Below are positions 16,253 to 25,815 of a stretch of DNA of 64,000 nt, piece after piece. The translations under genes and the position numbers were made by a program. The DNA is from an uncultured Archaeoglobaceae archaeon (GTDB lineage: Archaea; Halobacteriota; Archaeoglobi; Archaeoglobales; Archaeoglobaceae). How positions within the stretch are numbered: the first letter of the stretch is position 1; each line of letters starts with the position of its first letter. The stretch is taken from positions 9,857 to 73,856 of the forward strand of contig CBEWZU010000001.1 in assembly GCA_965561205.1 (NCBI GenBank), written 5' to 3'. The notes beneath the pieces are model-generated. The model saw only the letters and a program-made list of their open reading frames with translations. It was not told the DNA's origin and searched no databases.

Positions 16253-19216
16253 ATGCTTGGAACAGCTCTCAGAGCAATCTACATCGCAATCAAACTCAAT
16301 GATTCCGACTTCTATCGCAAACTATCGCAAGTAAATCAAGCGACAGACGAAGCTGTCAAGAAAATCAAACAAATGAATCAATCTCTCGAAGAATTGGGCA
16401 AATATATGGCTGGAGTTGGAGCAGTTGGACAAGCAGGTATAGGTTTAGCAGTTAAACAATTCGCAGACTTCGAGCAAGCTTTTGTTAATCTGAAGAAAGT
16501 AATGCCAAAAGATCGAGATTTCGAGAGAATCCAGAAATCAGCAGAGAACATGGCTAAGTATTATGGCAGATCGGTGGAAGATATCTTAGGAGTCATGGAA
16601 CTTTGGGCGAGGCAGGGGAAGAACACGGAAGATCAACTCGAAAAGCTGACAAACGCCACACTGTTATGGGCTACAGCTGAAAACCTCGACGCAAGGGAAG
16701 CAACAGAATATTTAACATACATCCTCAACGGTTTCAAGCTTGAAGCTAAGGATGCAACGCATGTCGTTGATGCTCTAAACGAAGTTTCAAACAATTTTGC
16801 AACGGATTCGGTAAAGCTCGCAAGGACTTTACAAGATGCGGCTGGTGTGGCTCATCAATACGGTGTTAGCTTAGAGCAATTAATAGGTTATGCGACAGCA
16901 CTCCACTCAGCAGGTTATGAAGCTGGCGAAGCTGGGACATTTTTAGCTTATATGTTCTCTAAACTATACGAGGACAATGTTGCAGAGCTACTTCAGCAAG
17001 TTGGAATTGCCGTGAAGGATTCAAGCGGTCATTTTAGATCTGCTTCCGATATCTTAGACGATCTTGCTAAGAAGTGGAACAAGCTTAACGATGAACAGAG
17101 ACACGCAATCGCAAATGAGATTACAATAGGTGGCAGAGTTTCAATGCTATACGGTTTGTTTAACAATTGGGGCATGGCTGTTGATGCAACAAATACCGCA
17201 TTGAATTCTCAAGGCTCGGCGGCACGGGAAGCTTCGAGAGCTTTGAAGACACTAAGCGTTGAATTGAAGAAAACATGGGAAAGCATCAAGATGGTAGGGG
17301 TGTATATTGGAAAATCAGTTGCTCCACTTGTAATTCCAGCTTTGAAGGTTATTCAGGGATTAGCAGATGCTTTTACAAGACTTCCAGAACCTGTGCAAAA
17401 AGTACTTGGACTGGGCTTAGCTTTCTCAACGATGTTGATGCTTGTCGGAGGAGGTGCTATACTGCTCAGAGCCAAGTTAATTGAGCTGATTGGACATTTG
17501 GTAACTTTAGGTCTTGTTGAGACAACAACAACAGTTGAAACTTTGAGTTTGGGAGGTGCTTTGAAGCTTTTAGCTGTGCAGGGCTTTAAATCAAGCATTG
17601 GTGCAATAATCGGCTTCGCAAGAGCTGTAATGACGGCTCAAGTAAGCTTAATGGGGCTTTCGATTCCATTACTCCCTCTAATAGCTGGAATCGGAGCCGT
17701 CATAACAGCAATTCTTCTCCTCCAAGACATCATGGTGAAGGGATGGGAGAAAAGCTATCTCGGACGATTTGTAAACTGGTTAATAGACCGATTCCCGATC
17801 CTAAAAGCCCTAACTACTGTTCTCAGCAAAGAAATCAAATATCTCAGAGAAGGCTTTGACTGGCTTGCTAAATCCATCGGCGGAGCTATCAGCTGGATTC
17901 AACAAGCTCTCGACAGGTTTAGTCCGCTAAGATACGTGCTACTCAGTCCCGTCGGATCGATTGTGTATTTGATTACACACATCGATAAATTGAGAACCGC
18001 CACGTCCTCAGCCTTAACAGCAATTAAATCCTTATGGGACAGAACGATCGGCGGGATTATTGCAAAGATCGACGAGTTCCTCGCAAAAGTCAGGGAAGCG
18101 TGGGATTTCATCGCTAAGAGTCCTGTCGGCAAGATCGCAGGGTTCATGGCGAGCGGAACCAAATCGATTATGGAATTCTTCACAAGGAAAACGACTGAAG
18201 AAAAGACAATACACCTCGTTGAAACTAAAAAGAAGGAAGAACTCCTCAGAAGGAATATAACTGAAGAAGAGATTAGAAAGAAAGCAATAGAGCAATACGA
18301 ATACATTAAATCGCTTAAGATACAAGGGATAACAAACAAAGATGAGATTAAGAGGAGGCTTGAAGCCGAATTCGGCGAGATAATCGTCAATCCGCAAATC
18401 ATCCCTTATGTTGGCAAGCCAGAATACGACAAAAAGTTCTACGAGGAGGGATCTATCAAGCTAAAGATCCAGAAGCCCGTTTTCAAGCCTGAAATTGAGA
18501 AGCCAGCTTTACCTAAGCTTAGTGTTCCAGAGCTAACTATTAAGCCTAAAGTTGAGATGTCTTGGATTGAACAGTTATATGCTAAAGTTCAGGATCTTCT
18601 TGGATCGATAAAACTGCCAAAGCCTGATTTGGTTGCGAGGGTTAGATACCTCTCCGAGAAGTTAACACTTCCAACGATTTCTCCGTTATCCGTCCCGATT
18701 AGGTTTTTGATGGATGCATTACCTAAAATGCCGAAGATTTCAGATTTAATAGCCAAAATCAAATTCATTGTATCAAAATTGCCAGAACTGCCAAAGTTGC
18801 CTGATTTAACTGCGAGAATAGGTTATGTTGTGGATAGGCTACCAAGATTGCCTGAGTTGCCTGATTTGGTGTCAATTCCCAAGATTCCAGAACTGATGAG
18901 CGTGATAAAATATACTCCAGATGTCGTTAAGCCTGAGATCAAGCCGCTTACAGCCAGTTTAACTTACATTCCAAAGCTGGTTAAGCCTGAAATAACCCAC
19001 GAGTTGACGAAGATGATGCCGACACCTTCACAGCTCATCAGCTCAACTCAAACTGTAATTCATCAACCTACAAACTACCAAATTAAGCACGAGCACAAAA
19101 CAATCCAAGTTCCAAAGATCGAGATCAAAATTGAGGGTGTCAAAGACCCAGATAAAGTTGCAGAGCTTGTTGAGAAGAGGATTCAGAGGCAGTTTAACGC
19201 GATAGGGATCTACTGA
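16253..19216 (+). CDS. Tape measure protein (TP901 family), 987 aa
   Basis: FADFEQAFVNLKKV...DALNEVSNNFATD...Ala/Gly-rich helical repeats; Pro-rich C-terminal part. Confidence 0.92.
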   Translation: MLGTALRAIYIAIKLNDSDFYRKLSQVNQATDEAVKKIKQMNQSLEELGKYMAGVGAVGQAGIGLAVKQFADFEQAFVNLKKVMPKDRDFERIQKSAENMAKYYGRSVEDILGVMELWARQGKNTEDQLEKLTNATLLWATAENLDAREATEYLTYILNGFKLEAKDATHVVDALNEVSNNFATDSVKLARTLQDAAGVAHQYGVSLEQLIGYATALHSAGYEAGEAGTFLAYMFSKLYEDNVAELLQQVGIAVKDSSGHFRSASDILDDLAKKWNKLNDEQRHAIANEITIGGRVSMLYGLFNNWGMAVDATNTALNSQGSAAREASRALKTLSVELKKTWESIKMVGVYIGKSVAPLVIPALKVIQGLADAFTRLPEPVQKVLGLGLAFSTMLMLVGGGAILLRAKLIELIGHLVTLGLVETTTTVETLSLGGALKLLAVQGFKSSIGAIIGFARAVMTAQVSLMGLSIPLLPLIAGIGAVITAILLLQDIMVKGWEKSYLGRFVNWLIDRFPILKALTTVLSKEIKYLREGFDWLAKSIGGAISWIQQALDRFSPLRYVLLSPVGSIVYLITHIDKLRTATSSALTAIKSLWDRTIGGIIAKIDEFLAKVREAWDFIAKSPVGKIAGFMASGTKSIMEFFTRKTTEEKTIHLVETKKKEELLRRNITEEEIRKKAIEQYEYIKSLKIQGITNKDEIKRRLEAEFGEIIVNPQIIPYVGKPEYDKKFYEEGSIKLKIQKPVFKPEIEKPALPKLSVPELTIKPKVEMSWIEQLYAKVQDLLGSIKLPKPDLVARVRYLSEKLTLPTISPLSVPIRFLMDALPKMPKISDLIAKIKFIVSKLPELPKLPDLTARIGYVVDRLPRLPELPDLVSIPKIPELMSVIKYTPDVVKPEIKPLTASLTYIPKLVKPEITHELTKMMPTPSQLISSTQTVIHQPTNYQIKHEHKTIQVPKIEIKIEGVKDPDKVAELVEKRIQRQFNAIGIY

Positions 19217-19251
19217 TGAAAGCATTATATTCTTCTACCACAATCAAAATC

Positions 19252-19800
19252 ATGCACGAGGTTAGATCCGCAATTCTCAAACTACTTTACGATTTAGAGC
19301 GGAAAAATCCGAGGGCTTGGACGAACGAGAAATCGATTGCTGAAGAGCTCGGATTGACTCTCGACGAGGTAATTTTCCACCTTGAATACCTCGAACAGAA
19401 GGGATTCATCAAGTATCAAAAAACCATCAACCACCACGGTGGAGGTCTCGTTAGAATTACAGCTCTTGGGATCGATGCGGTTGAGAATCCAGAACTCTTC
19501 GTCAATCAAGCTCCATTCCTTCAACAGCTGATAATTTACGGAGATGTTGTTAATTCTACTATCTTGCAAGCGGAATCAATCAAAATTCGCAATGGATTGA
19601 ATCGAATTATTGAACAGGTAGATGATGCTGAGATTAGAAAGCTGATTGAAGAGTTAATCGTGGAATCCTACCAAGAGAAACCAGATGGTAATAAGATCAA
19701 AACGGTATTCAATAAGATAAAGCAGAAAGCTCCTGAAATAGCCGAGAAAATTTCGCCTATCGTTTTAAAGTTGATTGAGCGATGGCTCAACACTTCTTAA
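19252..19800 (+). CDS. wHTH (YjcQ-like) accessory protein
   Basis: IAEELGLTLDEVIFHLEYLEQKGFI...ITALGID; start could be 19216 or 19252. Confidence 0.6.
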   Translation: MHEVRSAILKLLYDLERKNPRAWTNEKSIAEELGLTLDEVIFHLEYLEQKGFIKYQKTINHHGGGLVRITALGIDAVENPELFVNQAPFLQQLIIYGDVVNSTILQAESIKIRNGLNRIIEQVDDAEIRKLIEELIVESYQEKPDGNKIKTVFNKIKQKAPEIAEKISPIVLKLIERWLNTS

Positions 19801-19823
19801 AGTCTTTACCATTCTTTTAAAGC

Positions 19824-20366
19824 ATGGCTGAGGAGAAAATCCAGCTCGGCGGTCAAGAATTCACAGCCGTTGAGATTGTCGATATGACTGAGTCAGCAGT
19901 GGTTCCGGAACATCGTGTTGAAGATGGCTATCCTGTGGCGGATCATATCTTCTTTCAGCCTGCTGAGTTTCAGCTGACCTTGACCCTGCTCGAAAACGAA
20001 ATCGAGGCTTTAAAACAGCTTTATGAGGCAAAAGAACCGACAGAGCTCGTTTGCAAAGCTGGAGTTTTCGAGGATGTAGTGATCAAGGAGCTTACAATAA
20101 CCCAAGGCGGCTCGAAAAACACGCTCAGAGCCGTCGTGAGAGTCAAGCAAATCCTGAAAGCTAAAGCTAAGACTGCTAAGATTCCACTTCAACAGCTTCA
20201 GGTCACACCGAATGAAAACGATGATAAAATGAAGGGAGGGGACACGGCTACCGATCCTCCACAGAAAGAAGTCCCTCAAGCTCCCGAAGAACCTCAAAAC
20301 GGTCAAACTTGGATGGATAGCGTAATTTCGTTTTTGGGCGGGATATTCGGTTTCGGAGGTGGTTAA
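19824..20366 (+). CDS. Baseplate/tail-tube initiator protein
   Basis: VVPEHRVEDGYPVADHIFFQP motif typical of myovirus baseplate proteins after the TMP. Confidence 0.75.
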   Translation: MAEEKIQLGGQEFTAVEIVDMTESAVVPEHRVEDGYPVADHIFFQPAEFQLTLTLLENEIEALKQLYEAKEPTELVCKAGVFEDVVIKELTITQGGSKNTLRAVVRVKQILKAKAKTAKIPLQQLQVTPNENDDKMKGGDTATDPPQKEVPQAPEEPQNGQTWMDSVISFLGGIFGFGGG

Positions 20367-20654
20367 ATGCCGACTGTCAAAGTGCTTCCGTTCGATCCTA
20401 AATTGGGTTATCCACAAAAACAGCTTGTTAAGATTAATAACACTGCTTACCGCTTGTTCTGGCGGTGGAACTATCAAAGAAACTTCGCAGTTCTAAGAAT
20501 TCGCAGGCTCGAAGATGGTCAGATAGTTTTCGAGGGGAAGCTCACAGAGAAGAACCCGCTTGAGATCAAAGACCCGCAAACTTATGAAACTCTGTTCGTA
20601 ATCCTGCCTTGGAATGTAGACGAAAAGACTGCGGAGGTGTGGCTCTTTGTCTGA
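20367..20654 (+). CDS. Baseplate plug-like protein
   Basis: ~95 aa, YRLFWRWN pattern, conserved position. Confidence 0.6.
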   Translation: MPTVKVLPFDPKLGYPQKQLVKINNTAYRLFWRWNYQRNFAVLRIRRLEDGQIVFEGKLTEKNPLEIKDPQTYETLFVILPWNVDEKTAEVWLFV

Positions 20655-21516
20655 ATTCTGGGACCGTATGGTCGAATTACAAGTAGGCTCGACAGTTATC
20701 ACCCTTGACGATTTAGATATAGAATTTGTGATCGAGAACGATGATGAGAGTAAAGCTGGGAATGCCGAGATAGCAGTTTACAACCTCGGGCAATCGAAAT
20801 CAGCCTTCAAGAAAGATGAACTCGTCCAGCTTAAAGCTGGCTATAAGGACGATTATGGCATAATTTTCTATGGCAAGATCGATAAAGTTTGGGATGAGAA
20901 GGATGGAGCGGACGTTAAAACTGTGTTGCAGGCATCAGACATGACAAAGCAGCTTTTCATGGCAAAACCAATTTGCAAGAAATATCCTAAGGGGACGTCG
21001 GTCGCTGACATTGTCAAAGATATGTTTGCAGAAGCGGGGATTCCTGTCGGCAAGATAGAGGATCCGGGCATAGTGCTTGAGAAGGACATGGTTTTTGGAG
21101 GGACAACGACCTCAACACCTCATGTAATTCTCACTGAGCAGATTATGCCGCTTGTGAACGGATTTAATATCAAGGGTGTGCAATTAGATGGAGCTTTAGC
21201 GAGAATAAGCGAGATCTCAGATACTTATCGAGCTTATGTCGGTCAAGACGGGATGGGTTATTTTGTCAAAAGAAGTTACAATGCTGAAGCTATCGTTCTC
21301 GACTCTGAAAGTGGATTGATGGTAGTTCAGGATGTCAGCGAAGAAGGTAAAACAACTGCTTACAAAGTAAGATGTATCTTCAACTGGAAGATTCGGCAGG
21401 GAACTCTCGTTCAACTCAAGTCGATCAATGTTTCAGGGAACTTCAAGGTCACGAAATTCAAGCATGTCTGCAGAGGAGAGGAGTATTACACAGAAGCGGA
21501 GGTGGCTCCGCTATGA
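20647..21516 (+). CDS. Baseplate hub protein (Mu gp44-like)
   Basis: AEIAVYNL...LKAGYKDDYGIIFYG...VLDSESGL; TTG start with SD GGAGGTG. Confidence 0.8.
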   Translation: MSEFWDRMVELQVGSTVITLDDLDIEFVIENDDESKAGNAEIAVYNLGQSKSAFKKDELVQLKAGYKDDYGIIFYGKIDKVWDEKDGADVKTVLQASDMTKQLFMAKPICKKYPKGTSVADIVKDMFAEAGIPVGKIEDPGIVLEKDMVFGGTTTSTPHVILTEQIMPLVNGFNIKGVQLDGALARISEISDTYRAYVGQDGMGYFVKRSYNAEAIVLDSESGLMVVQDVSEEGKTTAYKVRCIFNWKIRQGTLVQLKSINVSGNFKVTKFKHVCRGEEYYTEAEVAPL

Positions 21517-22043
21517 TCGAGAAAATCAAGAAGCTGATCGACGTAAAGCTCGATAACATCAACACTGTCGCACTTGGTATAATTACGCAGGTCGATCTCA
21601 GCAAAATGAAGTGCAATGTAAAGCTGAAGCACAAGATTCAAGGCAACGAGATAGAGCTGTTCGACGTGCCGATAGCTTGTCTGAAGTCCTCCGCTGGAAC
21701 TATCATCATCCCTCCTGCTGAGGGAGATATCGTTTTGGTCCTCTTCTCGAAATACGAGCTTGAAGAACAGCTCAAAAATAAAGAAGCTGTTGATGTGAAT
21801 GAGCTTCTCAAGTTCAACCTGAACAACGCAATTGTTTTCGGCGGATTATTCACATTGGTGGATTCCATCCCTTCTCTACAACAGGATGAGCTCCTGATCG
21901 AGCACAAATCAGAGAATTATATCAAGTTCCAGCAGGATGGCAAGATCATAATCAAGGGGGATGTTTACGTGGATGGAAACCTCAACTTCAAGCAAATTAG
22001 AGGGGTGGATGCCGAGTCAGGCGAGTGGCACAAGCATTCTTGA
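21513..22043 (+). CDS. Baseplate spike (gpV/Gp138-like)
   Basis: LFDVPI...IPPAEGDIVLVLFS; terminal HKH metal-binding tip; start moved to ATG21513. Confidence 0.85.
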   Translation: MIEKIKKLIDVKLDNINTVALGIITQVDLSKMKCNVKLKHKIQGNEIELFDVPIACLKSSAGTIIIPPAEGDIVLVLFSKYELEEQLKNKEAVDVNELLKFNLNNAIVFGGLFTLVDSIPSLQQDELLIEHKSENYIKFQQDGKIIIKGDVYVDGNLNFKQIRGVDAESGEWHKHS

Positions 22044-22075
22044 TCGTTTTAAAGTCTGATTAATTTTAGTTCATT

Positions 22076-22432
22076 ATGCCGTGTGATTTCAAGTTCGATA
22101 CTACTGGCGATCTCGTTATTGACAGCTTGAAACGGGTTCCTTCCGTTGATGGGTCTGACAAGGTAAAGCAGGACATCGTCCACATCCTGAAATGCGTTAA
22201 GGGTAGCGATGCATTTCATCCAGATTTCGGTGTGGACTGGATTAAAATCAAGCAGAGCGGTTATAACAGAATGCTGATTGAACACGAAATCCGCAAAGCC
22301 CTCAGAAATTACGATAAGATTAAATCGATTGACAGAATTGAAATCTCACAGCCTGACGCAAACCGCAATGTGAGGATCAAGCTCTATCTTACGCTCGATT
22401 CTGAAAAAATCGATGTTGAGGTGGTTGTATGA
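22076..22432 (+). CDS. Baseplate wedge / sheath initiator (gp25/gp46-like)
   Basis: VKQDI...KGSDAFHPDFGVDW motif. Confidence 0.8.
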   Translation: MPCDFKFDTTGDLVIDSLKRVPSVDGSDKVKQDIVHILKCVKGSDAFHPDFGVDWIKIKQSGYNRMLIEHEIRKALRNYDKIKSIDRIEISQPDANRNVRIKLYLTLDSEKIDVEVVV

Positions 22433-23526
22433 CCGAATATGGCGTTACTACTTTGGGATTCATACCTAAGCCCTTCAGCGTTATTTTAGAAGAATTAAAG
22501 CAACTTGCAAAACAAGAGTTCGGAGAGGACATTGACTTATCGGAAAATTCTCGACTGCTCAGATTCCTTGAAATCGTAGCGAAGAGAGAAGATGAGCTGT
22601 GGCAGTTGGCTGAGGATGCTTACTATGCTGGGTTCATCGACTTCGCAACCGGCCAGAACTTGGATCGTCTCGTAGCCATTCTCGGAATCAGAAGAAAGCA
22701 GGCCACCAAAGCGACTGGAACGGTGACTTTCAGCCGCTCAACCCCTGCAACAAGCGACATCGTGATTCCAGTGGGCACAAGAGTATCAACGGCTGATGGA
22801 TCGGTTGTATTCCAGACGGTAGATGAAGCGATTTTACAGCAAGGTCAGACAAGCGTAGATGCAGCCATAGAGGCTGTTGAGCCAGGATCTCATGGCAATG
22901 TTGCAGCGAACACAATAACCAAATTGTTGGATCCGATAAGCGGAATCGAAAGCGTAAACAACGCATTCCCAACAAGTGGTGGCAGCGATGCGGAGTCGGA
23001 TGAAGAGTTGCGTTACAGAGCTATAACTTACGCTCCCTCAGCGAAGGCTACTGTCTATTCGATAAAATCAGCGTTACTTCAGATCGACGGAGTCACAGAT
23101 GTCAACATCTCGGAAGATTTCGGAGAGTGCAAGGTAATCATTACTGTTGCGGGAGGTGATGATGACGAAATAACCAACACGATTGAGGATGTCCGAGCGG
23201 CTGGAATTCAGGTGACATGGCAACGTCCCTCGATAAAAACTGTCACAGTGACTGTTTCAGTCACGAAAATAGCCTCCTACGATGCTGCAACAGTCCAAGC
23301 TAATGTTCAGACAGCAATCGACAACTACATCAACTCTCTGCAGATTGGCGAGGATGTCGTGTATTCGGATTTGGCCAAGGCAATTCTTGCAGCCGAAGGC
23401 GTTGACGACATAGTAAGCTTGGAGGCAACAGATGGGGTTACCACAATAAATGCATTCGGGCAAGCTCTGACAATAGATGCCAACGAGAAAGCTCAGGCTG
23501 GAACTCACACGATAACGGTGACTTGA
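22429..23526 (+). CDS. Baseplate J-like protein
   Basis: FATGQNLDRL...EAVEPGSHGNVAANTI...GGSDAESDEELRYR. Confidence 0.92.
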   Translation: MTEYGVTTLGFIPKPFSVILEELKQLAKQEFGEDIDLSENSRLLRFLEIVAKREDELWQLAEDAYYAGFIDFATGQNLDRLVAILGIRRKQATKATGTVTFSRSTPATSDIVIPVGTRVSTADGSVVFQTVDEAILQQGQTSVDAAIEAVEPGSHGNVAANTITKLLDPISGIESVNNAFPTSGGSDAESDEELRYRAITYAPSAKATVYSIKSALLQIDGVTDVNISEDFGECKVIITVAGGDDDEITNTIEDVRAAGIQVTWQRPSIKTVTVTVSVTKIASYDAATVQANVQTAIDNYINSLQIGEDVVYSDLAKAILAAEGVDDIVSLEATDGVTTINAFGQALTIDANEKAQAGTHTITVT

Positions 23527-23527
23527 T

Positions 23528-25141
23528 ATGTCAAGCAAAGCTAAAGAAATGGTCTCCTTGCTGTCAACAGCGTTCCGCAAGGATCCCGACTCGAATAACT
23601 ACAAGCTCCTGTCGATCATAGCAGAGAAGTTCGAAGAAATAGAGCAGGTAATCGAGCAGGTGAGAGATTCGAGGTTCGTTGAGATCGCATCTGGAAGATC
23701 CCTTGACTACATCGCAAAGCTGTTCAACCTGACGAGAAAAGCCGGAGAGAGCGATGAAGAATTCAGAGGAAGACTGCAAGTCGAACTGCAGAGATATCTG
23801 AGTAGCGGGACGCTAAACGATGTTCTCAGCGTGATCAAATACTTTACTGGGCTTGAGGATAAAGATATCAAAATCATCGAGGCTCCGGAGGCTATACTCG
23901 GATTTGGCGAGGGAGCATTCGGAAACAATGTATTCGCATCCCCAAAAGCTACATTCCGCATCGAGCTCCTTGAGGAGCCAGCTCTTCCGTTAAATCTTAA
24001 GGCTTTTTACAGCGCAATCAATGCTGTTAAGGCGGCTGGAGTGTATTTCCAGCAGGATGAAACGAGGATTGAGTTTGCACCGGTTCTCGCTTTTACGAGT
24101 GGGGAGTCCGAAACGGTGTGGATCATCACAACTCCTCTCGGCTTTGGCTACGGTAAGTTTGGAGAAGGGCCATACGGAGGATTCTTGCTCGTGATAAAAG
24201 CAGATGCAGAAACGAGTAACATTGATCTAACAGTTTTAGCTTTTCCTACTGTAGAAGCAGGAACAAAAAGCGGTCTCGGCTTTGGTCATGGCAGATTTGG
24301 AGAGCTGGGATTTGCTGAAAGATTAGATGTTGCAATTATAACCTTGACATTAACATTGCTCAATGCTGCATTGGCTCTATGTGAGAACACCGAAACAAAA
24401 TACCAAATCACCCCCCTGGGCTTCGGACAGAGTGGACTTGGGCTAATCCCATTCGGAGACCATTCACTTGTAGCAAAAGCAGACGCAGAGACTGATCTCA
24501 TAGATCTGACAATTTTGGCTTTTCCCGCATCTACGGCAGGAATCAAAAGTGGTATTGGCTTCGGTCATGGCTCGTTTGGTGAGCTGGGTTTCTCAGACAG
24601 ATATGACATGGCTGTAATAGAATGGATGCTTGAAACACTCGCAACAGCTCTCGCAATCGCAGCGCAACAAGCAATTGCCATCTCGATCCATACATACTTC
24701 GCTTTTGGCAAGGGGGGATTCGGATACTGGCAGTATGGTGGAGGGACCGTTTCTTCAGCATCTGAATCTGATTATGTGGAAAAGAAGCGCATAAACTATT
24801 CCAGCGCTACAAGCTTTACTAAAATGAAATTCAACCTTCGCCAGAATTTCGCTGCAACTGGCTGGATCAAGGTTGAATATCAAATAACAGCAAGTGATGG
24901 AACTGTTTTAGTTCCTTGGACAATGCTATGTGAAGTTAATGGAGGGACAAATGATAGCTTTGGAGAAATCTCAGGATACACGAGAACGAGCGATCCCGAA
25001 TGGGGCGTTATCTACGAAGTTACATTCGACCATTCAATCAGCTATGGAGACACAATAGAATACCGCTTGCTCATGAAAAATTCAGATGCTGAAGCTTGCT
25101 ATAACGATATATTCGATGTTTGGGGAGAACAATCTCCCTGA
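23528..25141 (+). CDS. Baseplate wedge (gpI/gp48-like) with GFGxGxFG-repeat extension
   Basis: SGRSLDYIAKLFNLTRKAGESDEEFRGRL; six GFGxxxFG motifs; internal 93-aa duplication. Confidence 0.75.
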   Translation: MSSKAKEMVSLLSTAFRKDPDSNNYKLLSIIAEKFEEIEQVIEQVRDSRFVEIASGRSLDYIAKLFNLTRKAGESDEEFRGRLQVELQRYLSSGTLNDVLSVIKYFTGLEDKDIKIIEAPEAILGFGEGAFGNNVFASPKATFRIELLEEPALPLNLKAFYSAINAVKAAGVYFQQDETRIEFAPVLAFTSGESETVWIITTPLGFGYGKFGEGPYGGFLLVIKADAETSNIDLTVLAFPTVEAGTKSGLGFGHGRFGELGFAERLDVAIITLTLTLLNAALALCENTETKYQITPLGFGQSGLGLIPFGDHSLVAKADAETDLIDLTILAFPASTAGIKSGIGFGHGSFGELGFSDRYDMAVIEWMLETLATALAIAAQQAIAISIHTYFAFGKGGFGYWQYGGGTVSSASESDYVEKKRINYSSATSFTKMKFNLRQNFAATGWIKVEYQITASDGTVLVPWTMLCEVNGGTNDSFGEISGYTRTSDPEWGVIYEVTFDHSISYGDTIEYRLLMKNSDAEACYNDIFDVWGEQSP

Positions 25142-25177
25142 CTTTGATTTTTAAAGTCTATTGTTTGGAGGTATGTT

Positions 25178-25267
25178 ATGGAAGTCAAAGTGGATGTAAA
25201 AACCGAAATAAAACTCTTCAGGAGGGAGCGAGATGACAGGAAAGATAATAACCGATGCCGGACTTAA
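25178..25267 (+). other. Leader mini-ORF (29 aa) overlapping the next gene
   Basis: ATG exactly 18 nt after the motif at 25153; contains the GGGAGGAG SD of the 25233 gene, which is in the +1 frame. Confidence 0.45.
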
Positions 25268-25598
25268 CGAGCTGGCAAAGCTTCTCGCCGGACAGGGCAC
25301 GGCTTTTGCTTACATAGCTTTGGGAACAGGAACCACGGATCCCACCACATCGGATACGGCCCTTGAGGCGGAAGTTATACGTAAGCCTGTTAGTAAAGTA
25401 ACGATAAACGGCAGCGAGGTTGAATTTGAAACAGTAATCAATCCCGGCGATATCGTGGATAAGAGCATCACGGAAATCGGGCTTTTCAACGCAGAAACGG
25501 GTGGAGTAATGTATTATAGAGAGGTCAGAAATGCGCTTTACTTCGACGCAACTGTTGGGGCTGTTATCAAAATAAGATGTTCGTTCTCGAGGAGTTGA
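25233..25598 (+). CDS. Tail-fibre base / baseplate-associated protein
   Basis: ITDAGLNELA...YIALGTG...ITEIGLFN pattern shared with fibre N-terminal domains. Confidence 0.7.
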   Translation: MTGKIITDAGLNELAKLLAGQGTAFAYIALGTGTTDPTTSDTALEAEVIRKPVSKVTINGSEVEFETVINPGDIVDKSITEIGLFNAETGGVMYYREVRNALYFDATVGAVIKIRCSFSRS

Positions 25599-25604
25599 TG
25601 AAAT

Positions 25605-25814
25605 ATGATAAGGCAGAAGTTTTTGGTTAATACGGTTGATGGAGAGAAGGAGATCGTAGCGGACAGATACATCATCGAGGGCGATGAGTACGTGTTTTTG
25701 AATGGCAACGAGGTCGTTGATCGCATCAAGATCGCCGATGTTGTCGAGACAGTTAATGAGGAAGGTAAGATGGAATCTGGAATAAGAACTGTTTTCTCGA
25801 GGAGCGTGATGTGA
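25605..25814 (+). CDS. Small hypothetical protein
   Basis: Tightly packed ORF in the fibre operon. Confidence 0.6.
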   Translation: MIRQKFLVNTVDGEKEIVADRYIIEGDEYVFLNGNEVVDRIKIADVVETVNEEGKMESGIRTVFSRSVM

Positions 25815-25815
25815 A

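Larger units (their letters stand above)
1381..25177 (+). promoter_or_regulatory. Recurrent proviral promoter motif (TTTT)AAAGTCT, 15 dispersed copies, each 18-20 nt before an ATG
   Basis: Core heptamer at 1385, 2374, 5567, 6862, 7743 (TAAGTCT), 8164, 8724 (AAAGTCC), 9581, 10115, 12815, 15234, 16228, 19799, 22051, 25153; the TTTTAAA part sits at the archaeal TATA position (about -29 to -23). Confidence 0.85.
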
